From the human T2T-CHM13v2.0 reference genome, Homo sapiens: 64,000 bases of DNA. Location of the stretch: NCBI RefSeq assembly GCF_009914755.1, contig NC_060933.1. One strand, given 5' to 3'. Below the pieces are notes generated by a model. The model ran no database searches and had not been told where the DNA came from. It saw only the letters and a list, made by a program, of their open reading frames with translations. Both the position numbers and the translations under genes were made by a program. Of this stretch, positions 41,001-54,300 are shown in pieces. Every line of letters starts with the position of its first letter. The stretch's first letter is position 1.

Positions 41001-44000
41001 TTCCATTCCATTCCATTGCTTTCCATTCCATTACGGATGATTCCATTCCATTGCATTCCATTCCATTCCATTCCCCTGTACTCAGGTTGATTCCATTCCA
41101 TTCCATTCCAATCCATGCCATTCCACTCGTGTTGATTCCATTCTTTCCATTCCATTCAAGTTGAATCCATTCCATTGCATTCCATTCCATTCAATTCCAT
41201 TCGATTGCACTCGGGTTGATTCCATTCCATTGCATTCCATTCCATTCCATTCCATTCCATTCCATTCCATTCCATTCCGTTCCATTCCATTCCTTTACAT
41301 TCGGATTGATTCTATTCAATTCCCTTACACTCCGTTACATTCCATTCCATTCGGGTAGTTTCCATTCCATTCCATTCCATTCCTCTCCATTCCATTGCAC
41401 TCGGGTTGATTCCATTCCATTGCATTCCATTCCATTCCATTCAATTCCATTCCGTTCCATTCCATTCCATTACATTCGGATTGATTCTATTCAACTCCCT
41501 TACTCTCCATTACATTCCATTCCATTCGGGTTGTTCCATTCCATTCCATTCCATTCCACTCCATTCCATTGCACTCGGGTTGATTCCATTCCATTCCATT
41601 CCATTCCATTCCATTCCATTCCATTCCGGAAGATTCCATTCCATTGCATTCCATTCCATTCCATTCCCATGCACTCGCGTTGATTCCATTCCATTCCATT
41701 CCATTCCATTCCATTCCATTCCATTCCTTTCCGTTCCATTCCATTCCATTCCATTCCATTCCAATCCATTCCATTCCGTTCTGTTCCGTTCCATTCCATT
41801 CCATTCCATTCTATTCAGGTTAATTCCATTCCATTCCATTCGATTGCAATCGAGTTGATTCCATTCCATTCCATTCCATTCCATTCCTTTCCATTCCATT
41901 ACGGATGATTCCATTCCATTGCATTCCATTCCATTCCATTCCCCTGTACTCGGGTTGATTCCATTCCATTACATTCCAATCCATGCCATTCCACTCGTGT
42001 TGATTCCATTCTTTCCATTCCATTCAAGTTGAATCCATTCCATTGCATTCCATTCCATTCCATTCCCCTGCAGTCGGGTTGTTTCCATTCCATTCCATTC
42101 CATTCCATTCCGTTCCGTTCCGTTCCATTCCATTCCATTCCATTCTATTCGGATTAATTCCATTCCATTCCATTCCATTCCATTCCATTCCAATCGAGTT
42201 GATTCCATTCCATTCCATTCCATTCCATTCCATTCCACTCCATTCCAGTCCTTTCCATTCCATTCCACTCGGGTTGATTCCAATGTATTCCTTTCCATTC
42301 CATTCCATTCCATTGCAATCGAGTTGATTCCATTGCTTTGCATTCCATTCCATTCCATTCCATTCCGGATGATTCCATTCCATTGCATTCCATTCCATTC
42401 CGTTCCCCTGCACTCGGGTTGATTCCATTCGATTCCACTCCATTCCGTTCCATTCCATTCCATTGCATTGTATTCGGGTTAATTCCATTCCATTCCATTC
42501 CATTCCATTACAATCGAGTTGATTCCATTCCATTCCATTCCATTCCAGTCCTTTCCATTCCATTCCTCTCGGGTTGATTCCATTCTATTAGTTTCCATTC
42601 CATTCCATTCCCTTCCATTCCACTCAGGTTTTTTCCATTCCTTTCCATTCCACTCGAATACATTCCCTCCTATTCCACTCAGAACGATTCCATTCCATTC
42701 CATTCCATTCCATTCCATTCCATTCCATTTTGTTCCATTCCATTCTATTCCGTATCATTCCATTCCATTCCATTCCATTCCATTCCATTCCATTCCATTG
42801 TACTCGGGTTGATTCAATTCCATTGCATTCCATTCCATTCCATTCCATTCCATTCCATTCCATTCCGTTCCGTTCCGTTCCATTCCATTCCATTCCATTC
42901 CATTCCATTCCATTCCATTCCATTCCGTTCCGTTGCATTCCATTCCATTCCATTCCATTCTATTCGGGTTAATTCCATTCCATTCCATTCGATTGCAGTC
43001 GAGTTGATTCCATTCCATTCCATTCCATTCCATTCCATTCCTTTCCATTCCATTACGGATGATTCCATTCCATTGCATTCCATTCCATTCCATTCCCCTG
43101 TACTCGGGTTGATTCCATTCCATTCCATTCCAATCCATGCCATTCCACTCGTGTTGATTCCATTCTTTCCATTCCATTCAAGTTGAATCCATTCCATTGC
43201 ATTCCATTCCATTCGATTCCATTCTATTGCACTCGGGTTGATTCCATGGCATTGCATTCCATTCCATTGCATTCCATTCCATTCCATTCCATTCCGTTGC
43301 ATTCCATTCCATTACATTCGGATTGATTCTATTCAACTCCCTTACTCTCCATTACATTCCATTCCCTTCGGGTTGTTCCATTCCATTCCATTCCATTCCA
43401 CTCCATTCCATTGCACTCGGGTTGATTCCATTCCATTCCATTCCATTCCATTCCATTCCATTCCGGATGATTCCATTCCATTGCATTCCGTTCCATTACA
43501 TTCCCCTGCACTCGCGTTGATTCCATTCCATTCCATTCCATTCCATTCAATTCCATTCCATTACAATTCGTTCCATTCCATTCTATTCAGTACCATTTAA
43601 TTCCATTCCATACCATTCCATTCCATTCCATTCCATTCCATTCCGTTCCATTCCGTTCCATTCCATTCCATTCCATTCTATTCGGGTTAATTCCATTCCA
43701 TTCCATTCCATTCCATTCTATTCCATTCCACTGCAATCGAGTTGAATCCATTGCAGTTCATTCCATTCCATTCCATTCCATTCCATTCCGGAAGATTCCA
43801 TTCCATTGCATTCCACTCCATTCCATTCCCCTGCACTCGCGTTGATTCCATTCCATTCCATTCCATTCCATTCCATCCATTCCGTTCTGTTCCGTTCCAT
43901 TCCATTCCATTCCATTCCATTCCATGCCGTTCCGTTCCATTCCATTCCATTCCATTCCATTCTATTCTGGTTAATTCCATTCCATTCCATTCGATTGCAA

Positions 44001-45900
44001 TCGAGTTGAGTTCCATTCCATTCCATTCCATTCCATTCCATTGCTTTCCATTCCATTACGGATGATTCCATTCCATTGCATTCCATTCCATTCCATTCCC
44101 CTGTACTCAGGTTGATTCCATTCCATTCCATTCCAATCCATGCCATTCCACTCGTGTTGATTCCATTCTTTCCATTCCATTCAAGTTGAATCCATTCCAT
44201 TGCATTCCATTCCATTCAATTCCATTCGATTGCACTCGGGTTGATTCCATTCCATTGCATTCCATTCCATTCCATTCCATTCCATTCCATTCCGTTCCAT
44301 TCCATTCCTTTACATTCGGATTGATTCTATTCAATTCCCTTACACTCCGTTACATTACATTCCATTCGGGTAGTTTCCATTCCATTCCATTCCATTCCTC
44401 TCCATTCCATTGCACTCGGGTTGATTCCATTCCATTGCATTCCATTCCATTCCATTCAATTCCATTCCGTTCCATTCCATTCCATTACATTCGGATTGAT
44501 TCTATTCAACTCCCTTACTCTCCATTACATTCCATTCCATTCGGGTTGTTCCATTCCATTCCATTCCATTCCATTCCACTCCATTCCATTGCACTCGGGT
44601 TGATTCCATTCCATTCCATTCCATTCCATTCCATTCCATTCCATTCCGGAAGATTCCATTCCATTGCATTCCATTCCATTCCATTCCCATGCACTCGCGT
44701 TGATTCCATTCCATTCCATTCCATTCCATTCTATTCCATTCCATTCCTTTCCGTTCCATTCCATTCCATTCCATTCCATTCCAATCCATTCCATTCCGTT
44801 CTGTTCCGTTCCATTCCATTCCATTCCATTCTATTCAGGTTAATTCCATTCCATTCCATTCGATTGCAATCGAGTTGATTCCATTCCATTCCATTCCATT
44901 CCATTCCATTCCATTCCATTCCTTTCCATTCCATTACGGATGATTCCATTCCATTGCATTCCATTCCATTCCATTCCCCTGTACTCGGGTTGATTCCATT
45001 CCATTCCATTCCAATCCATGCCATTCCACTCGTTTTGATTCCATTCTTTCCATTCCATTCAAGTTGAATCCATTCCATTGCATTCCATTCCATTCCATTC
45101 CCCTGCAGTCGGGTTGTTTCCATTCCATTCCATTCCATTCCATTCCATTCCGTTCCGTTCCGTTCCATTCCATTCCATTCCATTCTATTCGGATTAATTC
45201 CATTCCATTCCATTCCATTCCATTCCATTCCAATCGAGTTGATTCCATTCCATTCCATTCCATTCCATTCCATTCCACTCCATTCCAGTCCTTTCCTTTC
45301 CATTCCACTCGGGTTGATTCCAATGTATTCCTTTCCATTCCATTCCATTCCATTGCAATCGAGTTGATTCCATTGCTTTGCATTCCATTCCATTCCATTC
45401 CATTCCGGATGATTCCATTCCATTGCATTCCATTCCATTCCGTTCCCCTGCACTCGGGTTGATTCCATTCGATTCCACTCCATTCCGTTCCATTCCATTC
45501 CATTGCATTGTATTCGGGTTAATTCCATTCCATTCCATTCCATTCCATTCCATTCCATTACAATCGAGTTGATTCCATTCCATTCCATTCCATTCCAGTC
45601 CTTTCCATTCCATTCCTCTCGGGTTGATTCCATTCTATTAGTTTCCATTCCATTCCATTCCCTTCCATTCCACTCAGGTTTTTTCCATTCCTTTCCATTC
45701 CACTCGAATACATTCCCTCCTATTCCACTCAGAACGATTCCATTCCATTCCATTCCATTCCATTCCATTCCATTCCATTCCATTTCGTTCCATTCCATTC
45801 TATTCCGTATCATTCCATTCCATTCCATTCCATTCCATTCCATTCCATTCCATTCCATTCCATTCCATTGTACTCGGGTTGATTCAATTCCATTGCATTC
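38100..45900 (+). repeat. ~3.03-3.05 kb higher-order unit, ~2.6 tandem copies (starts ~38102, 41157, 44182)
   Basis: ORF pairs at offsets 3055 (38106/41161), 3050 (38919/41969), 3040 (40198/43238) and 3025 (40693/43718, 41161/44186). Shared diagnostic variants: CCTTTACATTCGG, CACTCCGTTAC, CCCATGCACTCGCG, TTCAGGTTAA, CAGGTTTTTTCC, CAGAACG. Confidence 0.9.
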
Positions 45901-48340
45901 CATTCCATTCCATTCCATTCCATTCCGTTGCATTCCATTCCATTACATTCGGATTGATTCTATTCAACTCCCTTACTCTCCATTACATTCCATTCCATTC
46001 GGGTTGTTCCATTCCATTCCATTCCATTCCACTCCATTCCATTGCACTCGGGTTGATTCCATTCCATTCCATTCCATTCTATTCCATTCCTGATGATTCC
46101 ATTCCATTGCATTCCGTTCCATTACATTCCCCTGCACTCGCGTTGATTCCATTCCATTCCATTCCATTCCATTCAATTCCATTCCATTACAATTCGTTCC
46201 ATTCCATTCTATTCCGTACCATTCCATTCCCTTCCATTCCGTTCCATTCCATTCCATTCCATGCTATTCGAATTAATTCCATTCCATTCCATTCCATTCC
46301 ATTCCATTCTATGCGTGTTAATTCCATTCCATTCCATTCCATTCCAATCGAGTTGATTCCATTCCATTCCATTCCATTCCATTCCACTCCATTCCAGTCC
46401 TTTCCATTCCATTCCACTCGGGTTGATTCCAATTTATTCCTTTCCATTCCATTCCATTCCATTACAATCGAGTTGATTCCTTTGCTTTGCATTCCATTCC
46501 ATTCCATTCCATTCCGGATGATTCCATTCCATTGCATTCCATTCCATTCCATTCCCCTGCACTCGGGTTGATTCCATTCCATTCCACTCCATTCCGTTCC
46601 ATTCCATTCCATTTCATTGTATTCGGGTTAATTCCATTCCATTCCATTCCATTCCATTCCATTACAATCGAGTTGATTCCATTCCATTCCATTCCATTCC
46701 AGTCCTTTCCATTCCATTCCACTCTGGTTGATTCCATTCTATTAGTTTCCATTCCATTCCATTCCCTTCCATTCCACTCTGGTTGATACCATTCCTTTCC
46801 ATTCCACTCGAATACATTCCCTCCTATTCCACTCAGAACGATTCCATTCCATTCCATTCCATTCCATTCCATTTCGTTCCATTCCATTCTATTCCGTATC
46901 ATTCCATTCGATTCCATTCCATTCCATTCCATTCCATTCCATTCCATTCCATTGTACTCGGGTTGATTCAATTCAATTGCATTCCATTCCATTCCTTTCC
47001 ATTCCATTCCATTCCATTCCGTTACATTCCATTCCATTACATTCGGATTGATTCTATTCAACTCCCTTACTCTCCATTACATTCCATTGCACTCGGGTTG
47101 ATTCCATTCCATTCCATTGCATTCCATTCCATTCCATTCCCCTGTACTCGGGTTGATTCCATTCCATTCCATTCCAATCCATGTCATTCCACTCGTGTTG
47201 ATTCCATTCTTTCCATTCCATTCAAGTTGAATCCATTCCATTGCATTCCATTCCATTCCATTCCCCTGCAGTCGGGTTGTTTCCATTCCATTCCATTCCA
47301 TTCCATTCCCTTCCATTCCATTCCGTTCCGTTCCATTCCATTCCATTCCATTCTATTCGGATTAATTCCATTCCATTCCATTCCATTCCATTCCATTCCA
47401 ATCGAGTTGATTCCATTCCATTCCATTCCATTCCATTCCACTCCATTCCAGTCCTTTCCATTCCATTCCACTCGGGTTGATTCCAATGTATTCCTTTCCA
47501 TTCCATTCCATTCCATTGCAATCGAGTTGATTCCATTGCTTTGCATTCCATTCCATTCCATTCCATTCCGGATGATTCCATTCCATTGCATTCCATTCCA
47601 TTCCATTCCCCTGCACTCGGGTTGATTCCATTCGATTCCACTCCATTCCGTTCCATTCCATTCCATTGCATTGTATTCGGGTTAATTCCATTCCATTCCA
47701 TTCCATTCCATTCCATTCCATTACAATCGAGTTGATTCCATTCCATTCCATTCCATTCCAGTCCTTTCCATTCCATTCCTCTCGGGTTGATTCCATTCTA
47801 TTAGTTTCCATTCCATTCCATTCCCTTCCATTCCACTCAGGTTTTTTCCATTCCTTTCCATTCCACTCGAATACATTCCCTCCTATTCCACTGAGAACGA
47901 TTCCATTCCATTCCATTCCATTCCATTCCATTCCATTCCATTCCATTTCTTTTCGTTCCATTCCATTCTATTCCGTATCATTCCATTCCATTCCATTCCA
48001 TTCCATTCCATTCCATTCCATTCCATTCCATTCCATTGTACTCGGGTTGATTCAATTCCATTGCATTCCATTCCATTCCATTCCATTCCATTCCGTTGCA
48101 TTCCATTCCATTACATTCGGATTGATTCTATTCAACTCCCTTACTCTCCATTCCATTCCATTCCATTCGGGTTGTTCCATTCCATTCCATTCCATTCCAC
48201 TCCATTCCATGGCACTCGGGTTGATTCCATTCCATTCCATTCCATTCCATTCCATTCCGGATGAATCCATTCCATTGCATTCCGTTCCATTACATTCCCC
48301 TGCACTCGCGTTGATTCCATTCCATTCCATTCCATTCCAT

Positions 48341-51300
48341 GCCATTCCACTCGTGTTGATTCCATTCTTTCCATTCCATTCAAGTTGAATCCATTCCATT
48401 GCATTCCCTTCCATTCCATTCCCCTGCACTCGCGTTGATTCCATTCCATTCCATTCCATTCCATTCCATTCCATTCCATTCCATTCCATTCCTTTCCGTT
48501 CCATTCCATTCCATTCCATTCCATTCCGTTCCGTTCCGTTCCGTTCCGTTCCGTTCCGTTCCAATCCATTCCATTCCATTCTATTCGGGTTAATTCCAAT
48601 CCATTTCATTCGATTGCAATGGAGTTGATTCCATTCCATTCCATTCCATTCCATTCCTTTCCATTCCATTACGGATGATTCCATTCCATTCCATTCCACT
48701 CCACTCCATTCCAGTCCTTTCCATTCCATTACTCTCGGGTTGATTCCATTCTATTCCTTTCCATTCCATTCCATTCCATTGCAATCGAGTTGATTCCATT
48801 GCTTTGCATTCCATTCCATTCCATTCCATTCCGGATGATTCCATTCCATTGCATTCCATTCCATTCCATTCCCCTGCAATCGTGTTGATTCCATTCCATT
48901 CCACTCCATTCCGTTCCATTCCATTCCATTCCATTGTATTCGGGTTAATTCCATTCCATTCCATTCCATTCCATTCCATTCCATTCCATTCCATTCCATT
49001 ACAATCGAGTTGATTCCATTCCATTCAATTCCATTCCATTCCATTCCATTCCAGTCCTTTCCATTCCATTGCACTCGGGTTGATTCCATTCTATTAGTTT
49101 CCATTCCATTCCATTCCCTTCCATTCCACTCTGGTTGATTAAATTCCTTTCCATTCCACTCGAATACATTCCCTCCTATTCCACTCGGAACGATTCCATT
49201 CCATTCTATTCCATTCCATTCCATTCCATTCCATTCCATTTCGTTCCATTCCATTCTATTCCGTATCATTCCATTCCATTCCATTCCATTCCATTCCGTT
49301 CCGTTCCATTCCATTCCATTCCATTCTATTCGGGTTAATTCCATTCCATTCCATTCCATTCCATTCCAATCGAGTTGATTCCATTCCATTCCATTCCATT
49401 CCACTCGATTCCAGTCCTTTCCATTCCATTCCACTCGGGTTGATTCCAATGTATTCCTTTCCATTCCATTCCATTCCATTGCAATCGAGTTGATTCCATT
49501 GCTTTGCATTCCATTCCATTCCGGATGATTCCATTCCATTGCATTCCATTCCATTCTATTCCCCTGCACTCGGGTTGATTCCATTCCATTCCACTCCATT
49601 CCGTTCCATTCCATTCCATTCCATTGTATTCGGGTTAATTCCATTCCATTCCATTCCATTCCATTCCATTCCATTACAATCTAGTTGATTCCATTCCATT
49701 CCATTCCATTCCAGTCCTTTCCATTCCATTCCACTCGGGTTGATTCCATTCTATTAGTTTCCATTCCATTCCATTCCCTTCCATTCCACTCTGGTTGATA
49801 CCATTCCTTTCCATTCCACTCGAATACATTCCCTCCTATTCCACTCGGAACGATTCCATTCCATTCCACTCCATTCCATTCCATTCCATTCCATTTCGTT
49901 CCATTCCATTCTATTCCGTATCATTCCATTCCATTCCATTTCATTCCATTCCATTCCATGCCATTGTACTCGGGTTGATTCAATTCCATTGCATTCCATT
50001 CCATTCCATTCCATTCCATTCCGTTGCATTCCATTCCATTACATTCGGATTGATTCTATTCAACTCCCTTACTCTCCATTACATTCCACTCCATTCGGGT
50101 TGTTCCATTCCATTCCATTCCACTCCATTCCATTGCACTCGGGTTGATTCCATTCCATTCCATTCCATTCCATTCCATTCCCGATGATTCCATTCCATTG
50201 CATTCCGTTCCATTACATTCCCCTACACTCGCGTTGATTCCATTCCATTCCATTCCATTGCATTCAATTCCATTCCATTACAATTCGTTCCATTCCATTC
50301 TATTCGGTACCATTCCATTCCATTCCATACCATTCCATTCCATTCCATTCCATTCCATTCCGTTCCATTCCGTTCCATTCCATTCCATTCCATTCTATTC
50401 GGATTAATTCCATTCCATTCCATTCCATTCCATTCTACTCCATTCCATTGCAATCGAGTTGAATCCATTGCATTTCATTCAATCCATTCCATTCCATTCC
50501 ATTCCGGAAGATTCCATTCCATTGCATTCCATTCCATTCCATTCCCCTGCACTCGCGTTGATTGCATTCCATTCCATTCCATTCCATTCCATCCGTTCCG
50601 TTCCATTCCATTCCATTCCATTCCATTCCATTCCATTCCATTCCGTTCCGTTCCATTCCATTCCATTCCATTCTATTCGGGTTAATTCCATTCTTTTCCA
50701 TTCGATTGCAATCGAGTTGATTCCATTCCATTCCATTCCTTTCCATTCCATTACGGATGATTCCATTCCATTGCATTCCATTCCATTCCATTCCCCTGTA
50801 CTCGGGTTGATTCCATTCCATTCCATTCCAATCCATGCCATTCCACTCGTGTTGATTCCATTCTTTCCATTCCATTCAAGTTGAATCCATTCCATTGCAT
50901 TCCATTCCATTCGATTCCATTCGATTGCACTCGGGTTGATTCCATTCCATTGCATTCCATTCCATTCCATTCCGTTCCATTCCATTCCATTACATTCGGA
51001 TTGATTCTATTCAATTCCCTTACACTCCATTACATTCCATTCCATTCGGGTAGTTTCCATTCCATTCCATTCCATTCCTCTCCATTCCATTGCACTCGGG
51101 TTGATTCGATTCCATTGCATTCCATTCCATTCCATTCCATTCCATTCCGTTCCATTCCATTCGATTACATTCGGATTGATTCTATTCAACTCCCTTACTC
51201 TCCATTACATTCCATTCCATTCGGGTTGTTCCATTCCATTCCATTCCATTCCACTCCATTCCATTGCACTCGTGTTGATTCCATTCCATTCCATTCCATT

Positions 51301-54300
51301 CCATTCCATTCCATTCCGGAAGATTCCATTCCATTGCATTCCATTCCATTCCATTCCCCTGCACTCGCGTTGATTCCATTCCATTCCATTCTATTCCATT
51401 CCATTCCCTTCCTTTCCGTTCCATTCCATTCCATTCCGTTCCGTTCCATTCCATTCCATTCCATTCTATTCGGGTTAATTCCATTCCATTCCATTCGATT
51501 GCAATCGAGTTGATTCCATTCCATTCCATTCCATTCCATTCCGGAAGATTCCATTCCATTGCATTCCATTCCATTCCATTCCCCTGCACTCGCGTTGATT
51601 CCATTCCATTCCATTCCATTCCATTCCATTCCATTCCATTCCTTTCCGTTCCATTCCATTCCATTCCATTCCATTCCAATCCATTCCATTCCGTTCCGTT
51701 CCGTTCCATTCCATTCCATTCCATTCTATTCGGGTTAATTCCATTCCATTCCATTCAATTGCAATCGAGTTGATTCCATTCCATTCTATTCCATTCCATT
51801 CCATTCCATTCCATTCCTTTCCATTCAATTCCATTACGGATGATTCCATTCCATTGCATTCCATTCCATTCCATTCCCCTGTACTCGGGTTGATTCCATT
51901 CCATTCCATTCCAATCCATGCCATTCCACTCGTGTTGATTCCATTCTTCCATTCCATTCAAGTTGAATCCATTCCATTGCATTCCATTCCATTCAATTCC
52001 ATTCGATTGCACTCGGGTTGATTCCATTCCATTGCATTCCATTCCATTCCATTCCATTCCATTCCATTCCATTCCATTCCGTTCCATTCCATTCCTTTAC
52101 ATTCGGATTGATTCTATTCAATTCCCTTACACTCCGTTACATTCCATTCCATTCGGGTAGTTTCCATTCCATTCCATTCCATTCCTCTCCATTCCATTGC
52201 ACTCGGGTTGATTCCATTCCATTGCATTCCATTCCATTCCATTCAATTCCATTCCGTTCCATTCCATTCCATTACATTCGGATTGATTCTATTCAACTCC
52301 CTTACTCTCCATTACATTCCATTCCATTCGGGTTGTTCCATTCCATTCCATTCCATTCCACTCCATTCCATTGCACTCGGGTTGATTCCATTCCATTCCA
52401 TTCCATTCCATTCCATTCCATTCCATTCCGGAAGATTCCATTCCATTGCATTCCATTCCATTCCATTCCCATGCACTCGCGTTGATTCCATTCCATTCCA
52501 TTCCATTCCATTCCATTCCATTCCATTCCATTCCTTTCCGTTCCATTCCATTCCATTCCATTCCATTCCAATCCATTCCATTCCGTTCTGTTCCGTTCCA
52601 TTCCATTCCATTCCATTCTATTCAGGTTAATTCCATTCCATTCCATTCGATTGCAATCGAGTTGATTCCATTCCATTCCATTCCATTCCATTCCTTTCCA
52701 TTCCATTACGGATGATTCCATTCCATTGCATTCCATTCCATTCCATTCCCCTGTACTCGGGTTGATTCCATTCCATTACATTCCAATCCATGCCATTCCA
52801 CTCGTGTTGATTCCATTCTTTCCATTCCATTCAAGTTGAATCCATTCCATTGCATTCCATTCCATTCCATTCCCCTGCAGTCGGGTTGTTTCCATTCCAT
52901 TCCATTCCATTCCATTCCGTTCCATTCCGTTCCATTCCATTCCATTCCATTCTATTCGGATTAATTCCATTCCATTCCATTCCATTCCATTCCATTCCAA
53001 TCGAGTTGATTCCATTCCATTCCATTCCATTCCATTCCATTCCACTCCATTCCAGTCCTTTCCATTCCATTCCACTCGGGTTGATTCCAATGTATTCCTT
53101 TCCATTCCATTCCATTCCATTGCAATCGAGTTGATTCCATTGCTTTGCATTCCATTCCATTCCATTCCATTCCGGATGATTCCATTCCATTGCATTCCAT
53201 TCCATTCCGTTCCCCTGCACTCGGGTTGATTCCATTCGATTCCACTCCATTCCGTTCCATTCCATTCCATTGCATTGTATTCGGGTTAATTCCATTCCAT
53301 TCCATTCCATTCCATTCCATTCCATTACAATCGAGTTGATTCCATTCCATTCCATTCCATTCCAGTCCTTTCCATTCCATTCCTCTCGGGTTGATTCCAT
53401 TCTATTAGTTTCCATTCCATTCCATTCCCTTCCATTCCACTCAGGTTTTTTCCATTCCTTTCCATTCCACTCGAATACATTCCCTCCTATTCCACTCAGA
53501 ACGATTCCATTCCATTCCATTCCATTCCATTCCATTCCATTCCATTTTGTTCCATTCCATTCTATTCCGTATCATTCCATTCCATTCCATTCCATTCCAT
53601 TCCATTCCATTCCATTCCATTGTACTCGGGTTGATTCAATTCCATTGCATTCCATTCCATTCCATTCCATTCCATTCCATTCCATTCCATTCCGTTCCGT
53701 TCCGTTCCATTCCATTCCATTCCATTCCATTCCATTCCATTCCATTCCGTTCCGTTGCATTCCATTCCATTCCATTCCATTCTATTCGGGTTAATTCCAT
53801 TCCATTCCATTCGATTGCAGTCGAGTTGATTCCATTCCATTCCATTCCATTCCATTCCATTCCTTTCCATTCCATTACGGATGATTCCATTCCATTGCAT
53901 TCCATTCCATTCCATTCCCCTGTACTCGGGTTGATTCCATTCCATTCCATTCCAATCCATGCCATTCCACTCGTGTTGATTCCATTCTTTCCTTTCCATT
54001 CAAGTTGAATCCATTCCATTGCATTCCATTCCATTCGATTCCATTCTATTGCACTCGGGTTGATTCCATGGCATTGCATTCCATTCCATTGCATTCCATT
54101 CCATTCCATTCCATTCCGTTGCATTCCATTCCATTACATTCAGATTGATTCTATTCAACTCCCTTACTCTCCATTACATTCCATTCCCTTCGGGTTGTTC
54201 CATTCCATTCCATTCCATTCCACTCCATTCCATTGCACTCGGGTTGATTCCATTCCATTCCATTCCATTCCATTCCATTCCATTCCATTCCGGATGATTC

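Larger units (their letters stand above)
34479..48340 (+). repeat. 13.86 kb tandem duplication, copy 1
   Basis: ORF-track entries recur almost identically at +13857 (34733->48590, 36602->50459, 39288->53145) and then +13862 (40198->54060, 44731->58593, 47883->61745). Rare variants recur at the same offsets, e.g. ATTAAA 35281/49138 and CGAATTAATT 46269/60131. Confidence 0.95.

Noticed and set aside
38100-45900. Y-chromosome DYZ1 (~3.5 kb HSat3 unit)
   Set aside because: The period here is ~3.03-3.05 kb, local to part of the window, and the pentamers are much purer than in DYZ1 as I know it.
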